From: Fibrobacterota bacterium
GTDB lineage: Bacteria > Fibrobacterota > Fibrobacteria > UBA5070
Assembly: GCA_036771135.1 (NCBI GenBank)
Contig: DAIPHW010000004.1
Span: forward strand, 1 to 39,964
Length of the DNA: 39,964 nucleotides
Reading direction: 5' to 3'
A model generated the notes under the pieces. That model saw only the letters and a program-made list of their open reading frames with translations. It was not told the DNA's origin and did not search any database. The position numbers and the translations under genes are program-made. Shown here piece by piece: positions 1 through 8,273 of this stretch; the stretch's first letter is position 1; every line of letters begins with the position of its first letter.

Positions 1-15
1 AAATGTCCTAAAGGC

Positions 16-1731
16 TTACGACAGCGGCTTGAAGAAGTCGCCCAAGGTCGTCTTGGCCTCGGCCAGCTTGTCGGCCATGTAGTCGCGCCAGTCTTCGGTT
101 CCGCCGATGCAGGAAACGGTGATCTTGCGAGCGTCGACATCGTGCTCGACGATGGTGCCCTTCAAGACCTGTCCCACGTGGAAGGAATCGGCCGGAACGC
201 GGAGCGTGTCCTCGGTGAGCTTCGAAAGCGGAACGAAGCCCTCGACGCCTTCTTCGAGTTCCACCACCACGCCGCGGTCGAGCAGACGCACGATGGGCGC
301 CTCCACTTCCTTGCCCAGGGGGAACTTGTCCGGAACCAGCTTCCAAGGATCTTCGCCCATGGCCTTGAGGGAAAGCGAGATGCGACGCTTTTCCTTGTCC
401 ACCGAAAGCACCATGCAGGTGACGGTGTCGCCCTTCTGCAGGACCTCGGAAGGATGGTTGACCTTCTTGGTCCAGCTCATGTCAGAGACATGAATGAGGC
501 CGTCGATGCCTTCCTTGATCTCCACGAAAGCGCCGAACGGAGCCAGGTTGCGGACCACGCCCGAAACCACCGTGTTGATGGGAAGCTCGTTGTCGATGGT
601 CGTCCAAGGATCGGGCTCGATCTGCTTGAGGCCAAGCGAGATCTTCTCGTTCTCGGTGTCGATGCGCAGCACCACGGCTTCGACCACATCGCCGGCCTTG
701 ACGACCTGCGACGGATGCTTGACGTGCTGGGTCCAGCTCATCTCGGAGATGTGGATGAGGCCTTCGACGCCCTGCTCCAGCTCCATGAAGGCGCCGTAGT
801 CGGTGATCGAGACGACCTTGCCCTTGACGCGCGTACCTTCCGGGTACTTGCCGGCCACGCTCTTCCAGGGATGTTCCTGCAGCTGCTTGAGACCAAGCGA
901 GATGCGTTCCTTGCGCTCGTTGAAATCGAGCACCTTGACGGTGAGCTTCTGTCCGATCTGGACGAGCTCCGAGGGATGCTGAATGCGGCCCCAGGTCATG
1001 TCGGTGATGTGCAACAGGCCGTCCACGCCGCCCAGGTCGATGAAGGCGCCGAAGTCGGTGATGTTCTTGACCGTGCCCTCGCGGACCTGGCCACGCTCCA
1101 GAGTCTCGATGATCTGGTCGCGCATGCGGGAGCGCTGCTCCTCGAGCACGATGCGGCGAGACACCACGATGTTGCGGCGGCTCTTGTGGACCTTGATGAC
1201 GCGGAAGGACATGGTCTGGCCGAGCAGGGAGTCCATGTCGGGGATCTGGCGCAGGTCGATCTGCGAGCCAGGCAGGAAGGCTTCGATGCCGAACAGGTCA
1301 ACCACAATGCCGCCCTTGATGCGACGCACCAGAGTGCCGTCCACCACTTCGCCGGTCTCGTAGGCGTCGCGGATGCGCTCCCAGACCTTCATGAAGTCGG
1401 CGCGCTGCTTGGAGAGGACGATCTGGCCGTCTTCGCCTTCGATCTGCTCGATGAAGACGTCAACATGGGTGCCGATGTCCATCTCGTCGTCGGACTTGAA
1501 TTCCGACTTGGGGATGAGGCCTTCGGACTTGAAGGAGATGTCGACGATGACGTGCGATTCGGTCTGGCCCAGGATGGTGCCGGCAACGATCTTGCCTTCT
1601 TCCACACCTTCGAGAGTCGCGGTGTAGGCGGCGGTAATGGCCTCCTGCTCCTCGGCGCTGTGGGTGGAGACGCGTCCCTCGATCTCGGCGAGGTCGGCAT
1701 CGGTGCCGTAGAGCAGCTTGGTCTCTGACAT
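16..1731 (-). CDS. rpsA: 30S ribosomal protein S1
   Basis: ORF 16..1785 contains six S1/OB repeats, e.g. GTVKNITDFGAFIDLGGVDGLLHITDMTW, VKGKVVSITDYGAFMELEQGVEGLIHISEMSW, VSGVVRNLAPFGAFVEIKEGIDGLIHVSDMSW. Start trimmed to the ATG at 1731 (MSETKLLYG...); the 18 codons upstream are Arg/Pro-rich read-through. Stop TAA at 18..16. Confidence 0.9.
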   Translation of the reverse strand: MSETKLLYGTDADLAEIEGRVSTHSAEEQEAITAAYTATLEGVEEGKIVAGTILGQTESHVIVDISFKSEGLIPKSEFKSDDEMDIGTHVDVFIEQIEGEDGQIVLSKQRADFMKVWERIRDAYETGEVVDGTLVRRIKGGIVVDLFGIEAFLPGSQIDLRQIPDMDSLLGQTMSFRVIKVHKSRRNIVVSRRIVLEEQRSRMRDQIIETLERGQVREGTVKNITDFGAFIDLGGVDGLLHITDMTWGRIQHPSELVQIGQKLTVKVLDFNERKERISLGLKQLQEHPWKSVAGKYPEGTRVKGKVVSITDYGAFMELEQGVEGLIHISEMSWTQHVKHPSQVVKAGDVVEAVVLRIDTENEKISLGLKQIEPDPWTTIDNELPINTVVSGVVRNLAPFGAFVEIKEGIDGLIHVSDMSWTKKVNHPSEVLQKGDTVTCMVLSVDKEKRRISLSLKAMGEDPWKLVPDKFPLGKEVEAPIVRLLDRGVVVELEEGVEGFVPLSKLTEDTLRVPADSFHVGQVLKGTIVEHDVDARKITVSCIGGTEDWRDYMADKLAEAKTTLGDFFKPLS

Positions 1732-1935
1732 GTTTCGTTCTTTCTGGTTGCGCACAGCGGACCTCGGAGATCGAGGCGACCGCAAATCAGAACGGCGAAA
1801 TTGCCGCCCCGGTGCTGGTGATGATTTACCGTGGATGAATAGAGCTCCGCAATCTAGTTATTGCATCAGAAGCTCCCAAGTCGTTCTGACAAGGCGTTCC
1901 TCCATTCCCCTGAGAAGCAATATCAACCCATCTCC

Positions 1936-4572
1936 TCAGTGGAAGATGATGCTGTCATACTTATCCAGATTCAAGCCGATGTTTTTCACGTAATTCTCAG
2001 CCGGCTGGTTCTGATTCCCACCTAATGGAATGAGGACCACGCGCAGCGGATAAACGCCCGTCACGGCATGCACGCCATTTCTCGCCACACCGTTCCAGGC
2101 AAGCCAAAGCGTTGCTTGTCCACCAGGGGAAGTGCCAGTTTTTTTGAACAACGCGAATACCGAAGGACTCGCTAAGCACTGCACGGCTGTGCCCATCCGA
2201 TCGTATATATAGGCAGTCAAACTGCGATCCCCGCGCGATGTATCGTAACGAAGAGTTAACCGAAGGCCCACAAGCTGATCTGTCGCCACCTCGGCGCCGT
2301 TGCCATCCACCCACGTCTCCTGCCGCTCTTGGCTGCCGGGATAGAGGATCTGGAACGGAGTTCCTGTCGGCTGCCAGGCCTCTTCGATCGTAAGCAGCAC
2401 CGGCTCGCTGCTCACGATCATATTGCGGGAAATGCTCGAAACCGAGATCCACGGACTGCCCGCCACCGCGGCGCGCCCCAACGAATCCACCAGACTCGAA
2501 GCGTCTGAAATCAAGCGAACCGTCTCGCCACGGCGCACTCGGCCGCTGTCGATCGCGATCGCCCACATCGTCCCGTCCTGGCTCGCGGCGAAGCTTGCCG
2601 TCACCGTGTCCAAGTGGCCTGTCGAATCGCGCACCTCCAAGCGGACCGTGCCGTCATCCTTGAGATGCACCGTTTCGCTGAAGGTCACATAGAGCGTGTC
2701 CGAGCCGCTGGACTGGGTATAGTGGAGCACCGCCGACTGCGCCATCGGGCCGGCAGGCAGGATTGTCAGATCGGCACCGCGGTAGTCCACCGCATAGTCG
2801 GAATTTCCAAGCGACCCAAGCAAGATGGCATAGCTTCCCACCGTGTCGCCAGGAGCACGCGTCAGCGTCCCCGAAAGGGTGTCGCCAGAAAGCAAGCCGA
2901 CGACATCGTAACTCAAGGCGGGATCGGCCGTTCCCAACGCCTTGGATGCGGCACGCACCGTCACCTGGACAGATTTCGGGAGGATCGCAAGGCTGTCGCC
3001 AACGAAAGCCAGCGCGTAGTTCGGACTTGCACTCAGCGTCCCTCGCGCGATCATGTACTTGCCGACATTCTCACCCGAAGCGCGCGTCAGGGTGCCCGTG
3101 AGCGTATCTCCCTTCACGAGGCCAGTGTCGATGTAGGCAAATGCCGGATCGGCGCTACCGTAGACCTTCGTCTCCGGGGTGGCTGTGACAAGAATTGACT
3201 TCGCGGTGATCGCGGCAGAAAGGCCGGAAACGTCCCTCAGCACGTAGTTTCCCGCTTGGGAGCCCGTCAAAACAGATCCGGTTACCGTCACGCTCTTGCC
3301 GGCGCCGACATCCTTGGTGTCAAAGGCTGCGCTGCCCAAGGCTAGCGCAACGGCATCGCCCGCGACCACGCTGTCGAGAGAGGCTCCTGTGATCGTCGCG
3401 GCCGGCGTTCCATCGTAAAGCTTGTCCTGAGCCACGGCGTCGATGATCTTCAAGACCTTCGGTGTAATCAAGAGGCTATCGCCCACGTAGGTCAGCGCGT
3501 AATTCGAACCGGCGCTCAACGTCCCTTGCGTGATCCCGTACTTGCCGACAGTATCGCCAGGAGCACGGCTCAGAGTGCCCGTCAGCGTGTCACCATGCAC
3601 AAGGCCAGTGTCCGTGTAGGCAAACGTCGGGTCAGCGCTGCCGTAGACCTTCGTCTCTGGAGAGGCCGTGACAAGAATTGACTTCGCGGTGATCGTGAGG
3701 CTATCGCCCACGTAAGTCAGCGCGTAATTCGAACCGGCGCTCAACGTCCCTTGCGTGATCCCGTACTTGCCGACATTCTCACCCGAAGCGCGCGCCAGAG
3801 AACCCGTCAGCGTGTCGCCATGCACTAGGCCAGTGTCCGTGTAGACAAATGCCGGATCGGAGCTGCCGTAGACCTTCGTCTCCGGGGTGGCTGTGACAAG
3901 AATTGACTTCGCGGTGATCGTGAGGCTGTCGCCCACGTAGGTCAGCGCGTAGTTCGGACCGGCGTTCAACGTCCCTTGCGTGATCCCGTACTTGCCGACA
4001 GTATCGCCAGGAGCACGGCTCAGAGTGCCCGTCAGCGTGTCACCATGCACAAGGCCAGTGTCCGTGTAGGCAAACGTCGGGTCAGCGCTGCCGTAGACCT
4101 TCGTCTCTGGAGAGGCCGTGACAAGAAGTGACTTAGGCTGAATGGTCATAATCTGGCTAGACGAAGCCCCGGTGTAGGTGGCATCGCCCTCTTGGGTCGC
4201 GACGATGGTGACGGTGCCGACGGATTTGATGTGGATCTTGCCGTCCACGATGCTCGCCACGTTGGTGTCGGAACTGGTGTAGCTCAGTGCCAAGCCCGAG
4301 TTGGAACTGGCGCCAGGGACGAAGTCCGTATCGCCGTAGGTCTTGGCAGGAAGGACGGGGAAATCCAGGGATTGGCTGGCTTGCAGGAAGCCGCTCAGAA
4401 GACGGCTGTCGGAGCCGGTCGCAGGCCAGGTGATGGTGGTCTGCCCCACCATGCCCAAAGCAGGCGTAGCGGGATCTTGCGCCAGTGTCCCGCCTGCTTG
4501 GGCCCATTCGACGGTGGTGGCCGCCGATACCAATCCGCATAGGAAGAAGAGCAGAAGCAGAGGACGTCTCAT
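1936..4572 (-). CDS. Large secreted surface protein with one Ig-like (Big_2-type) module, five MBG (YGX-type) repeats, one YDG-type repeat and a C-terminal beta-sandwich-like tail
   Basis: ATG at 4572 gives signal peptide MRRPLLLLFFLCGLVSAATT and overlaps the upstream stop (ATGA). Repeats follow KSILVTAxPETKVYGSxDPxFxYTDTGLVHGDTLTGxLxRAxGxxVGKYGITQGTLxAGxNYALTYVGDSLTI. The 45 codons upstream in the ORF track are shadow extension. Confidence 0.75.
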   Translation of the reverse strand: MRRPLLLLFFLCGLVSAATTVEWAQAGGTLAQDPATPALGMVGQTTITWPATGSDSRLLSGFLQASQSLDFPVLPAKTYGDTDFVPGASSNSGLALSYTSSDTNVASIVDGKIHIKSVGTVTIVATQEGDATYTGASSSQIMTIQPKSLLVTASPETKVYGSADPTFAYTDTGLVHGDTLTGTLSRAPGDTVGKYGITQGTLNAGPNYALTYVGDSLTITAKSILVTATPETKVYGSSDPAFVYTDTGLVHGDTLTGSLARASGENVGKYGITQGTLSAGSNYALTYVGDSLTITAKSILVTASPETKVYGSADPTFAYTDTGLVHGDTLTGTLSRAPGDTVGKYGITQGTLSAGSNYALTYVGDSLLITPKVLKIIDAVAQDKLYDGTPAATITGASLDSVVAGDAVALALGSAAFDTKDVGAGKSVTVTGSVLTGSQAGNYVLRDVSGLSAAITAKSILVTATPETKVYGSADPAFAYIDTGLVKGDTLTGTLTRASGENVGKYMIARGTLSASPNYALAFVGDSLAILPKSVQVTVRAASKALGTADPALSYDVVGLLSGDTLSGTLTRAPGDTVGSYAILLGSLGNSDYAVDYRGADLTILPAGPMAQSAVLHYTQSSGSDTLYVTFSETVHLKDDGTVRLEVRDSTGHLDTVTASFAASQDGTMWAIAIDSGRVRRGETVRLISDASSLVDSLGRAAVAGSPWISVSSISRNMIVSSEPVLLTIEEAWQPTGTPFQILYPGSQERQETWVDGNGAEVATDQLVGLRLTLRYDTSRGDRSLTAYIYDRMGTAVQCLASPSVFALFKKTGTSPGGQATLWLAWNGVARNGVHAVTGVYPLRVVLIPLGGNQNQPAENYVKNIGLNLDKYDSIIFH
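2755..4134 (-). repeat. In-frame tandem coding repeats (225-bp / 75-aa MBG units, arrangement A-B-A-YDG-B'-C)
   Basis: The string gtgacaagaattgacttcgcggtgatcg recurs at 3185, 3668 and 3893, with a variant at 4118. Positions 3516..3677 are identical to 3966..4127 by hand comparison. Confidence 0.85.
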
Positions 4573-5309
4573 CGTTTCTCGTCCTTGACGCAGCGCAGCG
4601 AGAAGCTGCACTTCTTGTTGTCGTCGCCCCGGTACACGTCGGGATCGTCCGCCGACATGCCTCGGTACCAGACATACGGGCCGTTCAGTTCCGTGGCAGT
4701 CCACCACAAGCCGTAAGTTCCGATGTCGCCGAAGCTAATCTTGCCCACAACGTCCTTGTCGCAGCGACCGCCGGGCAAGGCATGAAAGCCGTAGCTGTCC
4801 GAGGCTTCGCCCGAACGCCAACCGTCCTTGGACTTGAGCATCTCTCCGCTGGCGGCGCGCGTCTCGTCCACACTCCGCTCAAGCAGTGTCCATTCCCCGT
4901 CGCTTGGAACGTGCCAGCCTTCCGGGCACACGCCGCGCACGACGCCGGAAGCTGCGCTATCCGAGGCGTTTCGCCGCGTCGCCTCGGGCCAAGCGTAGAG
5001 CCGCCCGTACTTGGCGCAGCTATCCGCGCTGTGGCCGTAGCAGATGCCGACGGTGTCGCGGCCGCTCCCCGCATAGTCGAGGTTCTCCGCCATCCAGGTC
5101 TGCCGCCCGATCCTTGCCGTGCGGTAAACATGGCCGTCACGCGCATCCGTGAGCAACGTGCTATCGCCCCCGCTGCGCACTGTCGCCTCAGGCGTACCGG
5201 CACAACTCCCGCCGCACAGGACCAGCAGAAGCCCTACCACGCGCAGCAAGCCTACGCCCCTGCTTGCAGAGGAATTGCAATGCGTTGCTGTAGGTCTGGA
5301 GTGGTTCAT
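4569..5309 (-). CDS. FISUMP-domain (Fibrobacter succinogenes major paralogous domain, TIGR02145-like) secreted protein or lipoprotein
   Basis: Contains GRQTWMAENLDY...CYGHSADSCAKYGRLYAW...CPEGWHVPSDGEWTLL...YGFHALPGG...FSLRCVKD. Hydrophobic signal LLRVVGLLLVLCGGSCAG. Start uncertain: ATG 5309 (MNHSRPT, conserved with the paralog at 8124), ATG 5360, or TTG 5249 just before the signal peptide. Confidence 0.75.
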   Translation of the reverse strand: MNHSRPTATHCNSSASRGVGLLRVVGLLLVLCGGSCAGTPEATVRSGGDSTLLTDARDGHVYRTARIGRQTWMAENLDYAGSGRDTVGICYGHSADSCAKYGRLYAWPEATRRNASDSAASGVVRGVCPEGWHVPSDGEWTLLERSVDETRAASGEMLKSKDGWRSGEASDSYGFHALPGGRCDKDVVGKISFGDIGTYGLWWTATELNGPYVWYRGMSADDPDVYRGDDNKKCSFSLRCVKDEKR

Positions 5310-5326
5310 GTCAATTTTTGTCTGAA
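5288..5326 (-). promoter_or_regulatory. Copy 1 of a conserved 39-nt 5' element shared by two FISUMP genes (promoter, leader or N-terminal coding)
   Basis: Minus sense TTCAGACAAAAATTGACATGAACCACTCCAGACCTACAG. It matches 8103..8141 at 38/39 positions, while the flanking N-terminal coding sequence is divergent. Confidence 0.45.
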
Positions 5327-5364
5327 TTTCTGTAGTTCCCTGATTCGCCGCCGGGATCATGCCC

Positions 5365-5384
5365 CCTGCCCGGCCTTCGGCAGG
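5365..5384 (-). terminator. Weak GC-rich hairpin after the stop of the 5398..8124 gene (no U-tract)
   Basis: cctgcc-cggccttc-ggcagg, a 6-bp stem. It shares the gccttcggc core with the hairpin at 8214..8250. Confidence 0.25.
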
Positions 5385-5397
5385 CCCTGCGGAGGTG

Positions 5398-8124
5398 TTA
5401 ATTCTCTAGACACCGAAGCGAGAAGCCGTAGGTCCTGTAGTCGTCGTTGCGGTACACGCTGGCGCTGCCGTCGTCGAAGTACCGGCACCAGGCGTTGGAC
5501 GCACCGCTCTCGGAGGACGACCAGAAGTAGGCGCGGCCGAGGTCGTTGAACGCCCCGTCGCTGAGGCGGAGGCCCGCCGGCAAAACCCGGAAGCCTTTTA
5601 TGTCGTTCGTCGTTGCATTCCTAGAATACCAACCATCCGTCGATTTCAACTCAGCGCCCACAGGATCTCCTCTCCAACCAGATGTCGCGGCCGTCGAAGA
5701 ATTCATCCCCATGCTCACTTCCAAACTTTGCCACTCCGCATCGCTCGGGACATGCCAACCACTGGGGCAGATTCCTTGGCGCGGCAACGTGGCATTCAAG
5801 AGTCGCGAGTTGTACGCAGAAGACGTGTCCATCACCTCGGCCCATGTGTACAGGCGACCGTACTTGGCACAGGTGTCGGCATTGTTGTTGTAGCACACCC
5901 CAACCGCGCTTGTCCCGGCATAGTTCAAGTTTTCCGCCAGCCAGGTCTGGCTCCCGATCGTCACTGTGCGGTAGGTCTGCAAATCGCGGGAGTCCGTGGC
6001 CAGCACATACTGGATCGGCGTGGTCGTCCCATACTGCCAATCAATCCCATGATTTCCGTTCACCGTCGCCTGGCTCGGAAGACTTGGAGCGTAGCCTGGA
6101 AGTGTCGCCGTCGCCGAAGTCGTGATGCCGTAAGAGATCGTCACTCCCGCCGTCGCGCTGGAAAGCTCCACCGTCACCGGATCTTGTTCCGCCGTCGCCG
6201 TGAAGATCACCGTCGCGGGGGTGCGGATGGCGTAGGTGTCCGAAACCACCTGAGCCGGGTTGCCTTCAAGTCCCGTGGCCACCGCGATCGCCTGCAGCGT
6301 GGTGTTCTGCGCGATCGTGAGCGCGCCCGTGTACAGGCTGGAACTCGTGGTCGGCGTGCTGCCGTCCAAGGTGTAGTAGATCTTGGCCCCGACCGTGGCA
6401 CTGGTCAGAGTCACGCTCTGCGTGCCCGCATAAGTGCCGCTGGCAAGCGAGGCCACGGGGGCCGTCGCCTGGATCCAATAGGTCGCCGTGGAGAGGACGC
6501 TGGCATGCACCCCAGAGGCGAAGGCGATCGCCTTGATGGTGGCCCCCTTGTCCACCAGGATGGCCGAGGTGTACACGGGAGAGGCGGCGGTCGGGTCGCT
6601 GTCGTCCAAGGTGTAGTGGAGGACGGCCCCGGAAGTGGCGCAGGAAAGCGCCACGGATTGCGGATCCAGGAAGGAGCCGCCCGCCGTGGTGGTGACGGTT
6701 TTTGTCACCGTATCGGTGGCCGTGAAGGTCGGGGCCACCGCGTAGTCCTGGAGACAACGAAGCGAGAAGCCGATTGATTTGTCGTAGTCGCGGCGAGCCA
6801 CGTTGGCGTCGATGTGGTAGAAGGACCGGCCCCAGGCGTAGAACGCACCGTCCTCGGAAGACGACCAGAAATCGGCGTTGCTGCCGAGGTAGTTGAACTT
6901 CCCGACGTCGTAGCGGTAGCCCGCCGGCAGAACCCGAAACCCTTTTATGTCGTTCCTCGCTGCACTCCCAGAAGACCAACCATCCGTTGATTCCAATTCA
7001 GTGCCCACAGGAGCGCCTCTCCAACCAAGTGTCGCAGCCGTCGAGGAATCCATCCCCATGCTCACCTCCAAGCTTTGCCACTCCGCATCGCTCGGCACAT
7101 GCCACCCGCTCGGACAGATTCCCTGCACAAAGCCCGATGCCTGCTTGCAGAGCCCTCCCGTCGAATCTCCATAGGCGCATTTGTGGTTGTAAATGGCCGT
7201 GTCGAGGGCCATCACCTCGGCCCAGGTGTACAGGCGACCATAGGTGGCGCAGTTGGCCGGATCGTTGTTGTAGCACACCCCCACCGTGTCGGTGCCGTTT
7301 CCCTTGTAGTTCAGGTTTTCCGCCAGCCACGTCTGCTTCCCGATGGTCACGGTGCCGTAGACGCTTCCATCGCGGACATCGACCTCCACCTGGGAGCCGG
7401 AATCGGCCTGGGCCAGGAGCCGTTGCACCGTGTCGAGCGTCGCCTTCTGCACGGCAAGCGCCGCCAGCAGGCTGTCCAGTTGCCGCTGCGCCAGCCCCGA
7501 ATCCTGCCGCGCCCGGGCCAGCGAATCCGACAGCCCCTTCACCTTGGCAAGCAAGGAATCCTGCCCGACCACGAAGTACGCGAAGTTTGCGGTATCGGCC
7601 CGGTGCGCCCACAGGCCGGTGTCGCTGTGGAGGGCAAAGCGGGCGGAATCTGTCCAATGGACCACGCGGGCGCTGTCGGCCCAGGCGGCCCCGATGGCCC
7701 ACGGAGCACTTCCCAGGCGCAAGCGCCCCTTTTCAGCTTCGCCGTCAAAGCTGAGGCCCAGCCACAGGTCTTGCCGAAAGAGCGAAGAATCGAGCGGCAC
7801 CGCCGCCCCCAGACGCAGCGCAAAGAGCCCGCGCGCGATCGCGACCGTCTGCGTCTCGCTCCAAAGCGCCGCCCCCCCTGCTCCGGAGGCGTAGAGGCTT
7901 GCGGTCACGCTTGCCGAGCCGTCGGAGCGCAAGGCCCCGGTGGCGGAATCGCGGGCGATCCCCTGGAACGGGAGAGTGGCCGCACACCCGATGCCGCACA
8001 GGCAAAGGAGCAGCAGGAACGCGATGCGAACGCGAGACAGGCCACCAGCCACGCCCAACAGCTCCTGCGCGACTTTACTTGTCAAGCCTCTGCGATGCGG
8101 TCCTGTAGGTCTGGAGTGGTTCAT
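5398..8124 (-). CDS. Fibre-like surface protein: shared N-terminal module, coiled coil, two FISUMP domains, chitobiase/hexosaminidase-C-like (CHB_HEX_C) beta-sandwiches
   Basis: Two copies of GxQTWLAENLNY...CYNN...YGRLYTWAEVM...ICPSGWHVPSDAEWQSLEVSMGM...FSLRCL. CHB_HEX_C-like LHYTLDDSDPTAASPVYTSAILVDKGATIKAIAF and IYYTLDGSTPTTSSSLYTGALTI. Coiled coil LAKVKGLSDSLARARQDSGLAQRQLDSLLAALAVQKATLDTVQRLL. The ORF-track start at 8154 is TTG. ATG 8124 is used here; GTG 8052 (MAGGLSRVRIAFLLLLCLCG) is an alternative. Confidence 0.75.
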   Translation of the reverse strand: MNHSRPTGPHRRGLTSKVAQELLGVAGGLSRVRIAFLLLLCLCGIGCAATLPFQGIARDSATGALRSDGSASVTASLYASGAGGAALWSETQTVAIARGLFALRLGAAVPLDSSLFRQDLWLGLSFDGEAEKGRLRLGSAPWAIGAAWADSARVVHWTDSARFALHSDTGLWAHRADTANFAYFVVGQDSLLAKVKGLSDSLARARQDSGLAQRQLDSLLAALAVQKATLDTVQRLLAQADSGSQVEVDVRDGSVYGTVTIGKQTWLAENLNYKGNGTDTVGVCYNNDPANCATYGRLYTWAEVMALDTAIYNHKCAYGDSTGGLCKQASGFVQGICPSGWHVPSDAEWQSLEVSMGMDSSTAATLGWRGAPVGTELESTDGWSSGSAARNDIKGFRVLPAGYRYDVGKFNYLGSNADFWSSSEDGAFYAWGRSFYHIDANVARRDYDKSIGFSLRCLQDYAVAPTFTATDTVTKTVTTTAGGSFLDPQSVALSCATSGAVLHYTLDDSDPTAASPVYTSAILVDKGATIKAIAFASGVHASVLSTATYWIQATAPVASLASGTYAGTQSVTLTSATVGAKIYYTLDGSTPTTSSSLYTGALTIAQNTTLQAIAVATGLEGNPAQVVSDTYAIRTPATVIFTATAEQDPVTVELSSATAGVTISYGITTSATATLPGYAPSLPSQATVNGNHGIDWQYGTTTPIQYVLATDSRDLQTYRTVTIGSQTWLAENLNYAGTSAVGVCYNNNADTCAKYGRLYTWAEVMDTSSAYNSRLLNATLPRQGICPSGWHVPSDAEWQSLEVSMGMNSSTAATSGWRGDPVGAELKSTDGWYSRNATTNDIKGFRVLPAGLRLSDGAFNDLGRAYFWSSSESGASNAWCRYFDDGSASVYRNDDYRTYGFSLRCLEN

Positions 8125-8141
8125 GTCGATTTTTGTCTGAA
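8103..8141 (-). promoter_or_regulatory. Copy 2 of the conserved 39-nt 5' element
   Basis: Minus sense TTCAGACAAAAATCGACATGAACCACTCCAGACCTACAG; 38/39 identical to 5288..5326. Confidence 0.45.
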
Positions 8142-8213
8142 GTGTTGAGTTCAAAATTTGTCGTGATATAGAGCCGATTTCGATGGTTCACCTCTCGCCC
8201 ACCGCTTTCCTTC

Positions 8214-8250
8214 CCCCTTTGCCTGCCTTCGGCCAGGCAGGGGAAAGGGG
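8214..8250 (-). terminator. GC-rich extended hairpin downstream of the 8274..11528 stop (no clear U-tract)
   Basis: ccccttt-gcctgcc-ttcg-gc(c)aggc-agggg-aaagggg. Outer 7-bp and inner ~7-bp stems with a bulge and a TTCG loop on the plus strand. Confidence 0.35.
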
Positions 8251-8273
8251 CGGTTTGGGCGACCAACGGAAAC

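Noticed and set aside
142-1728. Long plus-strand ORFs antisense to well-supported minus-strand genes. Examples: 142..1728, 4485..5549, 5728..6777, 7075..8148, 8538..9851, 16764..17864, 17874..19313, 25974..26885, 26425..27477, 29271..30341, 34254..35483, 35246..36514, 38484..39635. Many shorter same-strand out-of-frame ORFs behave the same way.
   Set aside because: Their products are Arg/Ala/Gly/Pro-rich and low-complexity, with no recognisable motifs. Each fully overlaps a gene with strong family signatures. This is the shadow-ORF behaviour expected in high-GC DNA.
1936-2230. C-terminus of the MBG-repeat protein as a T9SS sorting domain (AYIYDRMGTAV...GVYPLRVVLIPLG...).
   Set aside because: It resembles FlgD-Ig/CTD-like beta-sandwiches, but the last ~35 residues do not match the CTD endings I remember. 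The call is left as a generic beta-sandwich pending an HMM search.
2755-4134. Regularly spaced repeats that could be mistaken for a CRISPR-like array.
   Set aside because: The period is 225 bp, the repeats are fully in frame within a long ORF, and they encode MBG protein domains. There is no short-repeat/unique-spacer structure.
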